The notes: a model not told the origin generated them from the sequence alone. A stretch of 64,000 nt of DNA from Candidatus Yanofskybacteria bacterium (GCA_003514055.1 DOSG01000001.1:24571-88570); one strand, 5' to 3'; shown: positions 10,453 to 20,065, counted from the first letter of the stretch. Program-made: numbers and translations.

Positions 10453-10477
10453 AGCCCCGCAAAAGCGGGGCTATTTA
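10453..10477 (+). terminator. Intrinsic terminator
   Basis: agccccgc-aaaa-gcggggct then attt. Confidence 0.6.
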
Positions 10478-10546
10478 ATTGGCTTGACAAAGCGACAAAT
10501 TATTAGTATTAATATGCCAGTTGGTCTTTGAAAACGGGAGGTCTTC

Positions 10547-11485
10547 GTGCTCATTGGTACGCTTCCGACGTTGGTTAGCCCATCAACATTGATTGTGGCC
10601 GAGAACATGATTGCTCATCCGGCTATCGCCGCAGTTCGTTACAATACTGGTGGCGACAGTCCGCTGGCGCCATTGCAGATATTATCGATGGTAAAGAAAA
10701 TGACGGACAAATATGGAAAGACGCTATACGTCGATCTTGAGGGCCGACAGCTTAGAATTGCTCGCTGGACTCCATTTGAATCGGGCATGGTGGTGCTCAA
10801 CCGAGATTTTTCGGTGAAACCACCGGCTAGGATATTCATTCGTAATGCCGGCTGGTTCGATCTTGTTGCGGCCAAACCAAAAGAAAGAAAGGTATATGTT
10901 GAGAATGGTCCAGCTTTACGCCAGTACTATTTTGGCGAGAGCCAGAGCACTCACATTGTTGGTGGCGATTTCGAAGTCCAGGGATATTTGGGCGGTTTAG
11001 ACTTTGAATATATCGAAGCTGCTAAGCAATCAGGTATAACGAACTTTATGCTTTCGTTCGTCGAAGATGAAAGTGATTTGGATGATTTCTATGTGCACTT
11101 CCCAAGACGAAAACGAAGCAAGATGTCGGTTGTTCTCAAAATCGAGTCCCAAAAGGGATTGGCATTTATTCGGAGCCGGCATTGGCGCATCAATGAGCGA
11201 CTCATGGCAGCGCGAGACGATCTGTTTATCAGCTTTGGCGAGAATCCCGTCGGAATCTACGAAGGGCTGAAGCAGATCATCAAAGTTGATCCAAGCGCTA
11301 TTGTGGCCTCACGTATTTTGCACGGCTTCCAATCGACCGGTATCGTTACGATGGGTGATATTGCAGACATCATATTGATGTCGCGAATCGGTTATCGGAA
11401 TTTTATGTTTTCCGATGGTATTGCCAAGAAATTTCCCGAAGCTATTAAGCTCTGGGAAGAGATTAAGCCATCGATGGAAGTATAG
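10547..11485 (+). CDS. Divergent, C-domain-less pyruvate kinase-like barrel protein
   Basis: RYNTG, DLEGRQLR, LSFVE, KIES, MAARDDL correspond to PK motifs RxN, DLxGPKIR, SFV, KIE, MVARGDL; only 312 aa. Confidence 0.75.
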   Translation: MLIGTLPTLVSPSTLIVAENMIAHPAIAAVRYNTGGDSPLAPLQILSMVKKMTDKYGKTLYVDLEGRQLRIARWTPFESGMVVLNRDFSVKPPARIFIRNAGWFDLVAAKPKERKVYVENGPALRQYYFGESQSTHIVGGDFEVQGYLGGLDFEYIEAAKQSGITNFMLSFVEDESDLDDFYVHFPRRKRSKMSVVLKIESQKGLAFIRSRHWRINERLMAARDDLFISFGENPVGIYEGLKQIIKVDPSAIVASRILHGFQSTGIVTMGDIADIILMSRIGYRNFMFSDGIAKKFPEAIKLWEEIKPSMEV

Positions 11486-11487
11486 TC

Positions 11488-12795
11488 ATGAAACGAGCTT
11501 TTGTTGTTGGTGGTCTTGTCTTTGGAGACGAGGGTAAGGGTACGACCGTAGACTACTTGGTTCGACAATATGACGCCAGCGTTGTAATCCGCTATAACGG
11601 TGGATCGCAGGCCGGACATAATGTTGTTACGCCAGATGGTATCCATCATTGCTTCGCTCAGTTTGGTTCTGGCACGTTGGTGCCGGGCGTCTGGACATAT
11701 CTCAGTCGGTTCATGTTTATTGACCCAATGAGACTCATGTCCGAATACGATGTGTTAGCTGGGAAAGGTTTTGGCGACGCATTAGATCGCTTGATCATTA
11801 GCGGTAGCTGTCCGATTATTACGCCGTATCATAAGTTAGCAGGACAGATCCAGGAATTGATAAACGGCGATGGCAGGCTTGGCAGTTGTGGGATGGGTGT
11901 CGGCGACGCCATGAAGGCTTTCGCCAACGATCCCGTGGATTGTCTGACGATGAGCGACCTATCAGATCCCTGGGTGCTAGAGAGAAAGCTTAGAATTCTT
12001 CAAGCGAAGAAAAAGAGCTTCGTCGAGATGGTCGCCAAGTTTAGTACCGATAAGGCAGTCACCGATAGAATCGCCGAAATTAATTCGGATAAACTGTTTG
12101 AGCGATGCTTAAAATCGTATTCCGCTTTTTCAGTGATTATTCCGAACATCGACGATGGCCGATATCTAAGCGAATTACTTTCTAGGTCGGGTAATATAGT
12201 TTTCGAGGGTGCACAAGGTGCCTTGCTTGATCGTGAGTTAGGCTTCCAGCCGTATATAACCAGATCCAACTGTTCATTTGCAAACGCAGATGAATTGCTG
12301 ACTGGTTACGATGGTCGTATTGTGAAGCTTGGTATCACAAGGGCTTTCGCTACGAGACATGGTAATGGCCCATTTGTTAGCGAGGCTGCTCTGCCTTCTA
12401 GCGTGCTAGTCGGCGAACATAACGTTCAGAACGAGTGGCAAGGTCATTTCCGGGTTGGTTGGCTAGATCTCGTTGCGCTTAGACGAGGCTTCGATATTTT
12501 GGGCAAGCTGGACGGTGTGGTGGTTACCAATCTCGACCGTGTCAGCGAGCTGGATGAGTTGCGAGTATGTATTGCCTACAATACTGCAGAAGGCCTGACA
12601 AAAGACAGGATAATCGGTAGCGGACGTCTGATGACCGATGGGTTATTCACTAGTACCCCCGTATATAGGCTCTTCCGTCGAGAGGGCGTCTTTGAAGAGT
12701 ATATGAAGTATCTGGAGAAGTATATTCCAGTCCCGATAGTTGTAACTTCTCGTGGTCCTACTGCCCGAGACAAGGAATCCATCCTTAATATATAG
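11488..12795 (+). CDS. purA: Adenylosuccinate synthetase-like protein (divergent PurA)
   Basis: FGDEGKG, GG.QAGH, EGAQG.LLD, TRHGNGPF, R.GWLDL, TNLD. Confidence 0.85.
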   Translation: MKRAFVVGGLVFGDEGKGTTVDYLVRQYDASVVIRYNGGSQAGHNVVTPDGIHHCFAQFGSGTLVPGVWTYLSRFMFIDPMRLMSEYDVLAGKGFGDALDRLIISGSCPIITPYHKLAGQIQELINGDGRLGSCGMGVGDAMKAFANDPVDCLTMSDLSDPWVLERKLRILQAKKKSFVEMVAKFSTDKAVTDRIAEINSDKLFERCLKSYSAFSVIIPNIDDGRYLSELLSRSGNIVFEGAQGALLDRELGFQPYITRSNCSFANADELLTGYDGRIVKLGITRAFATRHGNGPFVSEAALPSSVLVGEHNVQNEWQGHFRVGWLDLVALRRGFDILGKLDGVVVTNLDRVSELDELRVCIAYNTAEGLTKDRIIGSGRLMTDGLFTSTPVYRLFRREGVFEEYMKYLEKYIPVPIVVTSRGPTARDKESILNI

Positions 12796-13122
12796 CCCTA
12801 ATCGGGCTATTTTTATTAACTATTAGAGATAACGGGAGAGGTTACTGATAAATATTCAAAGTAGTATAATTACGTAAATTGAGATTAGTTTGGTGATGGG
12901 TTATATTAGAAGAAGATCTGGGATGTAGTAATCGTCACGATTCCTATCGATCCAGGTTTTGACAGCCTCTACGGTCCGCAGCAAGCGCTCCCTCATTAAG
13001 ACGACTAAGGGGAGCATAAGGTAAAGGAGCGCACAGTGCCCTGAACGAAGTGAAGGGGTATAAGCGATTTAGATGTTGAGGCAGGTTCGGTATTCAAAGA
13101 GCGTTGAAATAATAGTTCAAAT

Positions 13123-13692
13123 ATGAAAACTGCAATTCTTATTCACGGTATGCCTTCAAAAGAGGAGTACCTTGATGTAAACACCCCAGTCGCTTCAAAT
13201 AATCAGTGGTTCCCGTGGCTACAAAAACAACTTTCGATAATAGGCGTGGCGGCACAAACACCAGAAATGCCTGAGCCTTTTAGGCCAGATTACGAGAAAT
13301 GGAAAAAAGTATTTGAGCAATTTATTATAGATGAACAAACTATTTTAATTGGTCATAGTTGTGGCGGCGGCTTTTTAGTTAGATGGCTAAGCGAGAATAA
13401 TGTGAAAGTTGGCAAGGTAGTCTTGGTTGCACCGTGGATTAATACCGAAGCAGACGACACTGTTCCAGGCTTCTTTGATTTTAAAGTTGATGAAAATTTA
13501 GTTTCTAAAACTGATGAATTGCACCTATTTATTTCTTCGGATGATGAACAGGATGAATTAGATACGGCCGACATGATCGAAAAAAGGGTCCACGGTGTTC
13601 GAGTGCATAGATTTACTAATAAAGGCCACTTTTGTATAGGTTTTAATTTAATAAATGAGAAGTTTCCTGAGTTGTTGGAGATTTTGAGATAG
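13123..13692 (+). CDS. RBBP9/YdeN-family alpha/beta hydrolase
   Basis: IHG, WFPWL, GHSCGG nucleophile elbow, LVAPW, SSDD, GHF. Confidence 0.88.
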   Translation: MKTAILIHGMPSKEEYLDVNTPVASNNQWFPWLQKQLSIIGVAAQTPEMPEPFRPDYEKWKKVFEQFIIDEQTILIGHSCGGGFLVRWLSENNVKVGKVVLVAPWINTEADDTVPGFFDFKVDENLVSKTDELHLFISSDDEQDELDTADMIEKRVHGVRVHRFTNKGHFCIGFNLINEKFPELLEILR

Positions 13693-13725
13693 TTTCAACG
13701 TCTGACCAAGCAGCCAGCAAATATA

Positions 13726-14202
13726 ATGAAGAGCACGAAGTCGGCACTAAAATGGATCGTCGAAATCCTTAATAAAAGAAACATATCCTTCCAGATAGGT
13801 GGAGGATTTGCGGCACGAATTTATGGTGTTAATAGGGAGCTTAATGATATAGATATAACATTGCCGACAAATAGACTTCCCGAATTGGTACCTGAAGTTA
13901 GAGCATGCATAACTCACGAACTGCGTAATTATAAAGATGAAAAATGGGATGTCATTGGCATGACCATAGAATGTATGGGGCAGGTGATTGATTTCCTCGG
14001 GGCACAAGGCAAGAAAATATTTAATAGTATAAGCAAAGAATGGATTGTCTCAGAAAATGATTTTTCGAGCAGTGAATTAAAAGAGGTCTACGGTATAATA
14101 GTTCCGGTTATGGCGAAGGAACGGTTGATTAATTACAAAAGGATTCTTTTACGAGAAGTTGATAGGGAAGATTTGAAAGGGCTGGGAGTCGACCCAGACT
14201 AA
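13726..14202 (+). CDS. Nucleotidyltransferase-fold protein
   Basis: GGFAARIYG..R.LNDIDI (GG...DxD). Confidence 0.7.
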   Translation: MKSTKSALKWIVEILNKRNISFQIGGGFAARIYGVNRELNDIDITLPTNRLPELVPEVRACITHELRNYKDEKWDVIGMTIECMGQVIDFLGAQGKKIFNSISKEWIVSENDFSSSELKEVYGIIVPVMAKERLINYKRILLREVDREDLKGLGVDPD

Positions 14203-14341
14203 ACATAACAAGCCAGACTTAGTACATAGTAATCATCGTAATTCCTACTATAATTAAAAGAGCCGCACTTTGCGCGGCTCTTTTAATTATAAATTGTTAG
14301 TGTTAAGATACGGCCAGTTACTTGACTGAAGGGTAAAAAGT

Positions 14342-14668
14342 ATGTTTCAGGAACCAGTTACCTTTATTGTTCCCACGAGGATGAGTGGTCTGCGAAAAAA
14401 GGTGCAGCGGATCTTTAGTAGACTCGAGAAACAGGTAAAAACTGAAGAAATTATCGCTGATAAGACCATGATCCATTTTTTCGATAGAACGCATGCAGAC
14501 TGGAAGAATCAATGGGAGATGGTCGACCAACATACTGGCGGAGAGGAGTTTGTTGAGAGATGGTGGCATGACTTTTTTGTGCCAAGATTCAAGGCTCTTG
14601 GTAGGGCTAGAGTCGCTCAAGCTAGAAGGTTATCTCGCGCGAGGATACGCGCTATGAAAAAGAAATAA
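14342..14668 (+). CDS. Hypothetical basic protein, paralog of 2483..2794
   Basis: EPVT..VP.RM..LRK and VDQHTGGEEFVERWWHDFFVPRF shared with the first copy. Confidence 0.75.
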   Translation: MFQEPVTFIVPTRMSGLRKKVQRIFSRLEKQVKTEEIIADKTMIHFFDRTHADWKNQWEMVDQHTGGEEFVERWWHDFFVPRFKALGRARVAQARRLSRARIRAMKKK

Positions 14669-14789
14669 AGGCCCAGAGGGCCTTTTTATATTGGATAAAC
14701 CCAGATTTTATTGTAAAGTATTGGGGCGATCGTATAAAGAATGATTTTGAGCAGACATGGACCATTGAGATATTTACCGGAAAATAATT

Positions 14790-15482
14790 ATGCCAATAAA
14801 TTTACAAGATAAAATTGTACTTGCTCACAAGGGTTGTTTTAATAAAGAATGCGAGAAGATGTATAGAGAAAACTCTAAGGAAGTCTGTGCGCTTTCTGTC
14901 CGCAAAGATTATATTCACATTATTGAAATCGATGTTAGAAAATCTAAGGATGGAATACTTTACTGCTATCATGGAACTCTAATGCAATATTGGCTTTATC
15001 TTGTAATCCCTCGGATATTTTTCGATATTAAGAAGAGATACCACGTAGACACTCTTGAAGAAATATTAGGGGTAATACCGGAAGATAAAATTATTGTCCT
15101 TGATCTTAAAAGTAAATCCATTACCAAGACAGATATTTTAGATGCCCTAAGAGGCAAAAAATATAAAAAAGTCATTCTCGGCAACACCTCGTTGTCCTCG
15201 GTGTCTTTTTTAGAACGCTTTAATGATATGCCAGAAGAGTTTGTAAAAGTTATGAATGGCAATATTTTCTGTAAATTTTATGACCTCGCAAAACTCAAGG
15301 ATAAGAATTATAAATATTTTGAGGCGGTCTTTCCTTTTCAAGTAAGCAAAAAGATAATTGATGACGTATCTAGGTGCGGTATGGAATTTAGATGTGCCGG
15401 CTTATTCTTTTCGAGCAAAGAAAGCTATTGGAACAAGATTAATAAGTACAACATTAAACACGTTTCAAGCGATTTTATTTAA
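14790..15482 (+). CDS. Glycerophosphodiester phosphodiesterase-like protein
   Basis: AHKG, EN, IEIDVRKSKDG...H motifs. Confidence 0.75.
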   Translation: MPINLQDKIVLAHKGCFNKECEKMYRENSKEVCALSVRKDYIHIIEIDVRKSKDGILYCYHGTLMQYWLYLVIPRIFFDIKKRYHVDTLEEILGVIPEDKIIVLDLKSKSITKTDILDALRGKKYKKVILGNTSLSSVSFLERFNDMPEEFVKVMNGNIFCKFYDLAKLKDKNYKYFEAVFPFQVSKKIIDDVSRCGMEFRCAGLFFSSKESYWNKINKYNIKHVSSDFI

Positions 15483-15488
15483 AAACAT

Positions 15489-15821
15489 ATGTCTCAAGAA
15501 TTTCCATCGTTGAGCAAAAAAGAGTTGCCCGATCAAGAGTTAATTGATGCTCTACATTCGCATGGTCCAAAAGACCCAGCTACTAGGACAATGCTAGATT
15601 CATGGGTACGCGTCACTGAGCGCGAATTTAATGAAAATCCGGAATCTGTTTCGAGAATTGAGATGAATATCCGCCGTGGCAGATTATTCTTTGTGGCCGG
15701 ATATATCGATGAAGCCTATGACAGCTTAAGTGCCGCCGCTACTCAAGCCGATAATGAAGGAAAGACCGAGCTTTACGCCTCTATCATAGCGGAGATGGAT
15801 GAAATGGATACTAAGCTCTAA
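15489..15821 (+). CDS. Hypothetical helical (TPR-like) protein
   Basis: ORF adjacent to GDPD gene; RGRLFFVAG..DEAY..L..A pattern. Confidence 0.55.
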   Translation: MSQEFPSLSKKELPDQELIDALHSHGPKDPATRTMLDSWVRVTEREFNENPESVSRIEMNIRRGRLFFVAGYIDEAYDSLSAAATQADNEGKTELYASIIAEMDEMDTKL

Positions 15822-17226
15822 TTATAGTTTTAAAATCTCGCAGAGCTCGAGCTGGGTCATTAAAATACGTATCAATCAATCCGGCGATTAACTTCGGACT
15901 TTTTTTGGTCTGCTCACTCAGAGCATAGAAAATGGGGCCCAGGTCAGTCTCTAGAAGATTATTGAAGATCTGTTGTCGAAGACCTCTTTTCATCTCATCG
16001 CCGAAAGCATCAATCGTGGTGGTCCCGGGTATGACGGTTTCAAATAGGCCTTCGACGATGGCCTGCATTCGACCAATGAGAATGACATGGTATGCGAATG
16101 GAATCCTGTGTTTAATAAATATTCGAGCAATACCGGTGAACCAGAATCCCATGGCACTGTCTTTCGTGGTCTCTAGGTATTCTTTTACGTCTTCCCTAAT
16201 TCTCGGTCTGTATTTCTCGTATGATGCTCCACACATTTTCAGGGCAGTCCGAATAGTTGCCTCTAAATCTTGAGCATAAATAGCCAATAGAAGATCTCTA
16301 GTCTCCCGAGTGTCTTTTTTGCTGAGATAACCTAAAAGACCGAAATCTAAGAAGGCCAATTTTCCATGAGGAAGAATGAGTAAATTTGAAGGATGAGGGT
16401 CTCCATGAAAGGCAAATTCGTCGCCATTAAGCCACGTCCGCATAATTGCCCCCATAGATGACTTAATCGAACCCTTAATGTTATAGAGAGGATTGTTTTC
16501 GATTGATTTAAAATTCCTAACTGGAATGCCTTCAATAAATTCCATCGTGATAATCTGATCGGACGAAAGATCACGATAAACTTTTGCGAAGATCATGCTA
16601 TCGGCATATTCCCCAATAGTTTCTCTCATCTTGCCATGATACTGATTTGATATCCGATCTAGATTATTGGCTTCATTTCTGAAATCAATCTCAGCCAACA
16701 GCCATGATTCAACTTGGTTGAAGATCTCGTTTAGATTGATTCGTCGCAGATTTTTTGAAAATATCTGAGCAATCTTGCCGAGTCGTTTAAGTATCGCCAA
16801 ATCAGATCGTATATTTTTCTCTACACTAGGCCGACGAACTTTCACGGCCACATCTCCATATTTTAGAGTATGCGCCTTATAAACTTGGGCGACAGAGGCC
16901 GAGGCTATGGGGATAGGGTTCCAGTTTTGGAATATGGTCTCTGGAGTGACTTTAAAATCTTCAAGGAAGATTTTCTCCACTTGCTCATACGGAATAGGCG
17001 GAACTGAATCTAGAAGTTTTTGCAACTCAGTGCAATCTTCACGAGACAATAATTCGTAACGGGTACTCAAAATTTGACCGATCTTGATAAATACAAATCC
17101 TAATTCTTCACAGGCAAGACGAAGCCGAGTACCGAGGGTCTTGTTTCGATGCTTAGTAAGTTTATACAGCGCTAAGTATTTAATACTCGTGGATGAGATC
17201 TGCAATGAACGACGAATTTTTTCCAT
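15811..17226 (-). CDS. AarF/UbiB/ABC1 atypical kinase
   Basis: FIKIGQILSTR, ASASVAQVY, VAVKVRRP, E.DF..EA, FHGDPHPSN, DFG; ATG 17226 sits 1 nt after the upstream stop. Confidence 0.9.
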   Translation of the reverse strand: MEKIRRSLQISSTSIKYLALYKLTKHRNKTLGTRLRLACEELGFVFIKIGQILSTRYELLSREDCTELQKLLDSVPPIPYEQVEKIFLEDFKVTPETIFQNWNPIPIASASVAQVYKAHTLKYGDVAVKVRRPSVEKNIRSDLAILKRLGKIAQIFSKNLRRINLNEIFNQVESWLLAEIDFRNEANNLDRISNQYHGKMRETIGEYADSMIFAKVYRDLSSDQIITMEFIEGIPVRNFKSIENNPLYNIKGSIKSSMGAIMRTWLNGDEFAFHGDPHPSNLLILPHGKLAFLDFGLLGYLSKKDTRETRDLLLAIYAQDLEATIRTALKMCGASYEKYRPRIREDVKEYLETTKDSAMGFWFTGIARIFIKHRIPFAYHVILIGRMQAIVEGLFETVIPGTTTIDAFGDEMKRGLRQQIFNNLLETDLGPIFYALSEQTKKSPKLIAGLIDTYFNDPARALRDFKTIIRA

Positions 17227-17227
17227 G

Positions 17228-17563
17228 CTAGGGCCTGCAATTCTTGCAGAAGAAATACTTCTTAGATTTTTCAGTTTCACCAACAGTGGCTGTTTCTCCG
17301 GCAGGTATTTTCGATTGGCATTGAGAGCATTCCAACTCTTGAGCCGTTTTAAAGCGGTGATAGCCGATAATATCTTTAAACTTGTCTTGCTTTTGAAATA
17401 GTTCTCCCGATAAATCATCTATAATTTCAGCACTGTCGCTAATAGCCTTGCGAATAAGAGTCGAGATGCTCTCGCTATTCTCTTTGGCCTTGTGCTTTAT
17501 CTTCTCGTAGGTAGCACGAGATACGCGAAGATTGATAATGTAGTCCTTGTTTGTGTCTTCCAT
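17228..17563 (-). CDS. Ribbon-helix-helix-like DNA-binding protein with C-terminal Zn ribbon
   Basis: INLRVSRATYEKIK..A......IS.LIR.AI (RHH pattern); CSQC...CKNC. Confidence 0.65.
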   Translation of the reverse strand: MEDTNKDYIINLRVSRATYEKIKHKAKENSESISTLIRKAISDSAEIIDDLSGELFQKQDKFKDIIGYHRFKTAQELECSQCQSKIPAGETATVGETEKSKKYFFCKNCRP

Positions 17564-17755
17564 GGGTAGTGATTAGGTGTTATTAAGCCGATTGTATTAC
17601 GTTTGTATTACAAATACAACTTATACTGTTGATAATCGAATTGATCTATAGACGACCCAATCGTTATGGTTCGAGATGAATGACTGGGGTTGGAGGCACC
17701 TGGGTAGCCTAAATGGTTATATTTAATTTAGAAATAGTGTATAATTCATCTTATT

Positions 17756-18718
17756 ATGACTAATGAAATTCCAAACAAACAGCCAGAACCAATATTAGAG
17801 AAAAAACCAGAAACGATTGATAATCTTATTCCAAAGCAGGAAAACAGAGATGGCTTGCTGGTTAATGTTATAGAAAACAAGAGATTAAAGGGAGAAATTT
17901 TGCCAGAACAACTAGGTGATTTTACTAAAATCGTGCATAGCCGTATCGCCGAAGAAATGGCACAAGAAAAAACCACTCTTCCCAAAGACAGACTCCAGGG
18001 GCTAGACGAAGAACTTGAGCGCAATCCCCAGATTGTAAAAGCGATTATAGAATCATTTGGCCTGGGCGTAGCCAGCGACTCGTTCATGCTTTATGGCCTC
18101 ATAAGAAAAACCAAAGATCTTATTAGAATAACCCTTAATTTCTACAATGAAACAAAGCCACGCGTAAGTCCCGGTGACGCAAAGCCAATTAGCGAGCGAA
18201 CCGATGATGATATTTTAAGAGCCTTGAAACAATTCTGGCCGGATGACGTAGATGGGCCAAATAAAACAGAATTTCCGCACGGTGATGATATTAATTATTA
18301 TTCCGGTAAAGATACTCTTATAGACGATGAGCATCCACGCTTTATGTTAGAGAGGGGTCATGCCGTGCCGGGCTATCGTTATATTTTTGGGCCTACTAGA
18401 AAAAATAAAACCGATTACGCCGAAAGCATGGGTTTATTCGGTGGGGCAGGAATTCTTACTCCAAAACCGACCGAAAGGGGTCCCATAGCCGAGGATGATG
18501 TAAAAAGAGTTGTAGATGGAGAATTGAAATTACATAATTTTTCACTTCGATTTAGGGACAATAGTGATATGGTTGGACAAAAATGGTACGAGCTTGTTAT
18601 GGGCTATCCTGCCGAATGGTATATAGCTGGCTCTGTAAAAAGTAAGATACTTTCGGATTATTTTAAAAAATATGTTATCCCTGAGATCAGAAAGAATTCA
18701 ACTAAAGTTGGGATTTAA
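17756..18718 (+). CDS. Hypothetical protein
   Basis: 320-aa ORF, no recognised motif. Confidence 0.6.
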   Translation: MTNEIPNKQPEPILEKKPETIDNLIPKQENRDGLLVNVIENKRLKGEILPEQLGDFTKIVHSRIAEEMAQEKTTLPKDRLQGLDEELERNPQIVKAIIESFGLGVASDSFMLYGLIRKTKDLIRITLNFYNETKPRVSPGDAKPISERTDDDILRALKQFWPDDVDGPNKTEFPHGDDINYYSGKDTLIDDEHPRFMLERGHAVPGYRYIFGPTRKNKTDYAESMGLFGGAGILTPKPTERGPIAEDDVKRVVDGELKLHNFSLRFRDNSDMVGQKWYELVMGYPAEWYIAGSVKSKILSDYFKKYVIPEIRKNSTKVGI

Positions 18719-18846
18719 ATGATCGTAATCAAAATATAGTGCAGGCAGTATAGATAAAAGAATTGAGATGATAGTCAAGGATGATAAAAGTTTATTTGTG
18801 CAATATTTAGCAAAAAGAAAGTAACTTAACGACCCATCTATAATTA

Positions 18847-18889
18847 GTTCGAATCGTAGCTCGGCAGCCAAGGTTGGGAGTATCGAGGT
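18847..18889 (+). repeat. Degenerate tRNA-Gln 3'-end scar
   Basis: gttcgaatc...gcagcca 18/24 identical to 2905-2928, followed at the same spacing by agtatcgaggt as after the real tRNA. Confidence 0.6.
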
Positions 18890-19027
18890 GCCCTATGTGC
18901 GTCGATATTCGCCTCACTTGCTATTCCATTGAGGCATACTGGCTGAGCGCCGCATTCAAGACCTAAAACCGCCGATATCGGCGGTTTTATATTTGCTCAC
19001 TTTCTGTCATAATGATAATAATTACTT

Positions 19028-20059
19028 ATGAATTTTAAGGTTATCAATCAAAAATTAAACGACTTACTAACCTCGCTTGGTCTAACTAGAAAACAGGGAT
19101 TTTATGCTGCCCTGTCTGTAGGAGTAATTATTCTAGCCCTTATTTCCTATGTGGCCTTATTTACTGCACCCCAAAATAACACTGGCTTAGAAATATTTTC
19201 GGTTGAGGCTGATCTATCAAGCAAAGGTAATGTCGCTCAAAGTTTGGAATACAAAGGCTTTGTTAAGAGTTCTTTGGGGTTCCAGATAGCTTTTGCTTTG
19301 CGTGGGAATAAAGAAATTCGATCTGGTGCATATCAGATTTCCAAATCTATGAATGTTTGGGAGATTGCCAAGATATTAAACGGAGAGCCGACTTTGAAAT
19401 GGGTTACGATTCCTGAAGGGCTACGAAAAGAAGAGATAGCCGATATTCTCGCAATGACTCTTAAGTGGAGCGATGAGGATAAGCTTAAATGGATTACCAC
19501 GTATACGGCAATGGAGTATGATTATATGGAAGGAGTCTACTTCCCCGATACTTATCTCATCCCCATCAATGAGACACCGCTTCAGGTAGCAAATCGTCTC
19601 CGAGCTCACTTTGAAGAAAAGTTTGCACCATTTGCTCAAGAAGCTTTGAAACAAAATATTAAATGGGATACTGCCCTTAAACTTGCTTCGATTGTTCAAA
19701 GAGAAGCCGCGGGCAAAGACGACATGTCATTAATTGCTGGGGTACTTTGGAATCGCTTACTCAAAGGTATGAAATTGGAAGTGGATGCGACGGTACAGTA
19801 TGCTCGTGGAAAAACTGCTCAGGGTTGGTGGACACCGATTAAACCAGCAGATAAACAGATCCAATCAGCATATAATACCTATTTGAATAAAGGATTACCG
19901 CCTCATCCGATTTCAAATCCTGGCATAGACGCTATTAACGCTACGCTGAATTCAACTGAGACAAAGTGTCTATATTATCTCCACGAAGAGTCGGGAATAA
20001 TCCACTGTGCGGAGACATACGAAGAGCATTTGAGTAATATAGAAAAATATTTAAAATGA
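19028..20059 (+). CDS. mltG: Endolytic transglycosylase MltG (YceG family)
   Basis: N-terminal TM, TIPEG, EG.YFPDTY, LASIVQRE, L.VDATVQY, YNTY..GLPP.PISNPG. Confidence 0.92.
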   Translation: MNFKVINQKLNDLLTSLGLTRKQGFYAALSVGVIILALISYVALFTAPQNNTGLEIFSVEADLSSKGNVAQSLEYKGFVKSSLGFQIAFALRGNKEIRSGAYQISKSMNVWEIAKILNGEPTLKWVTIPEGLRKEEIADILAMTLKWSDEDKLKWITTYTAMEYDYMEGVYFPDTYLIPINETPLQVANRLRAHFEEKFAPFAQEALKQNIKWDTALKLASIVQREAAGKDDMSLIAGVLWNRLLKGMKLEVDATVQYARGKTAQGWWTPIKPADKQIQSAYNTYLNKGLPPHPISNPGIDAINATLNSTETKCLYYLHEESGIIHCAETYEEHLSNIEKYLK

Positions 20060-20065
20060 TTCCCG

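Noticed and set aside
11488-12795. PurZ (2-aminoadenine DNA pathway)
   Set aside because: Keeps the PurA Asp in GDEGKG rather than the PurZ Ser, and no dATPase or DNA polymerase is adjacent
17227-17418. N-terminal extension of the AarF kinase in the ORF track
   Set aside because: Overlaps the RHH gene; ATG 17226 is the coupled start
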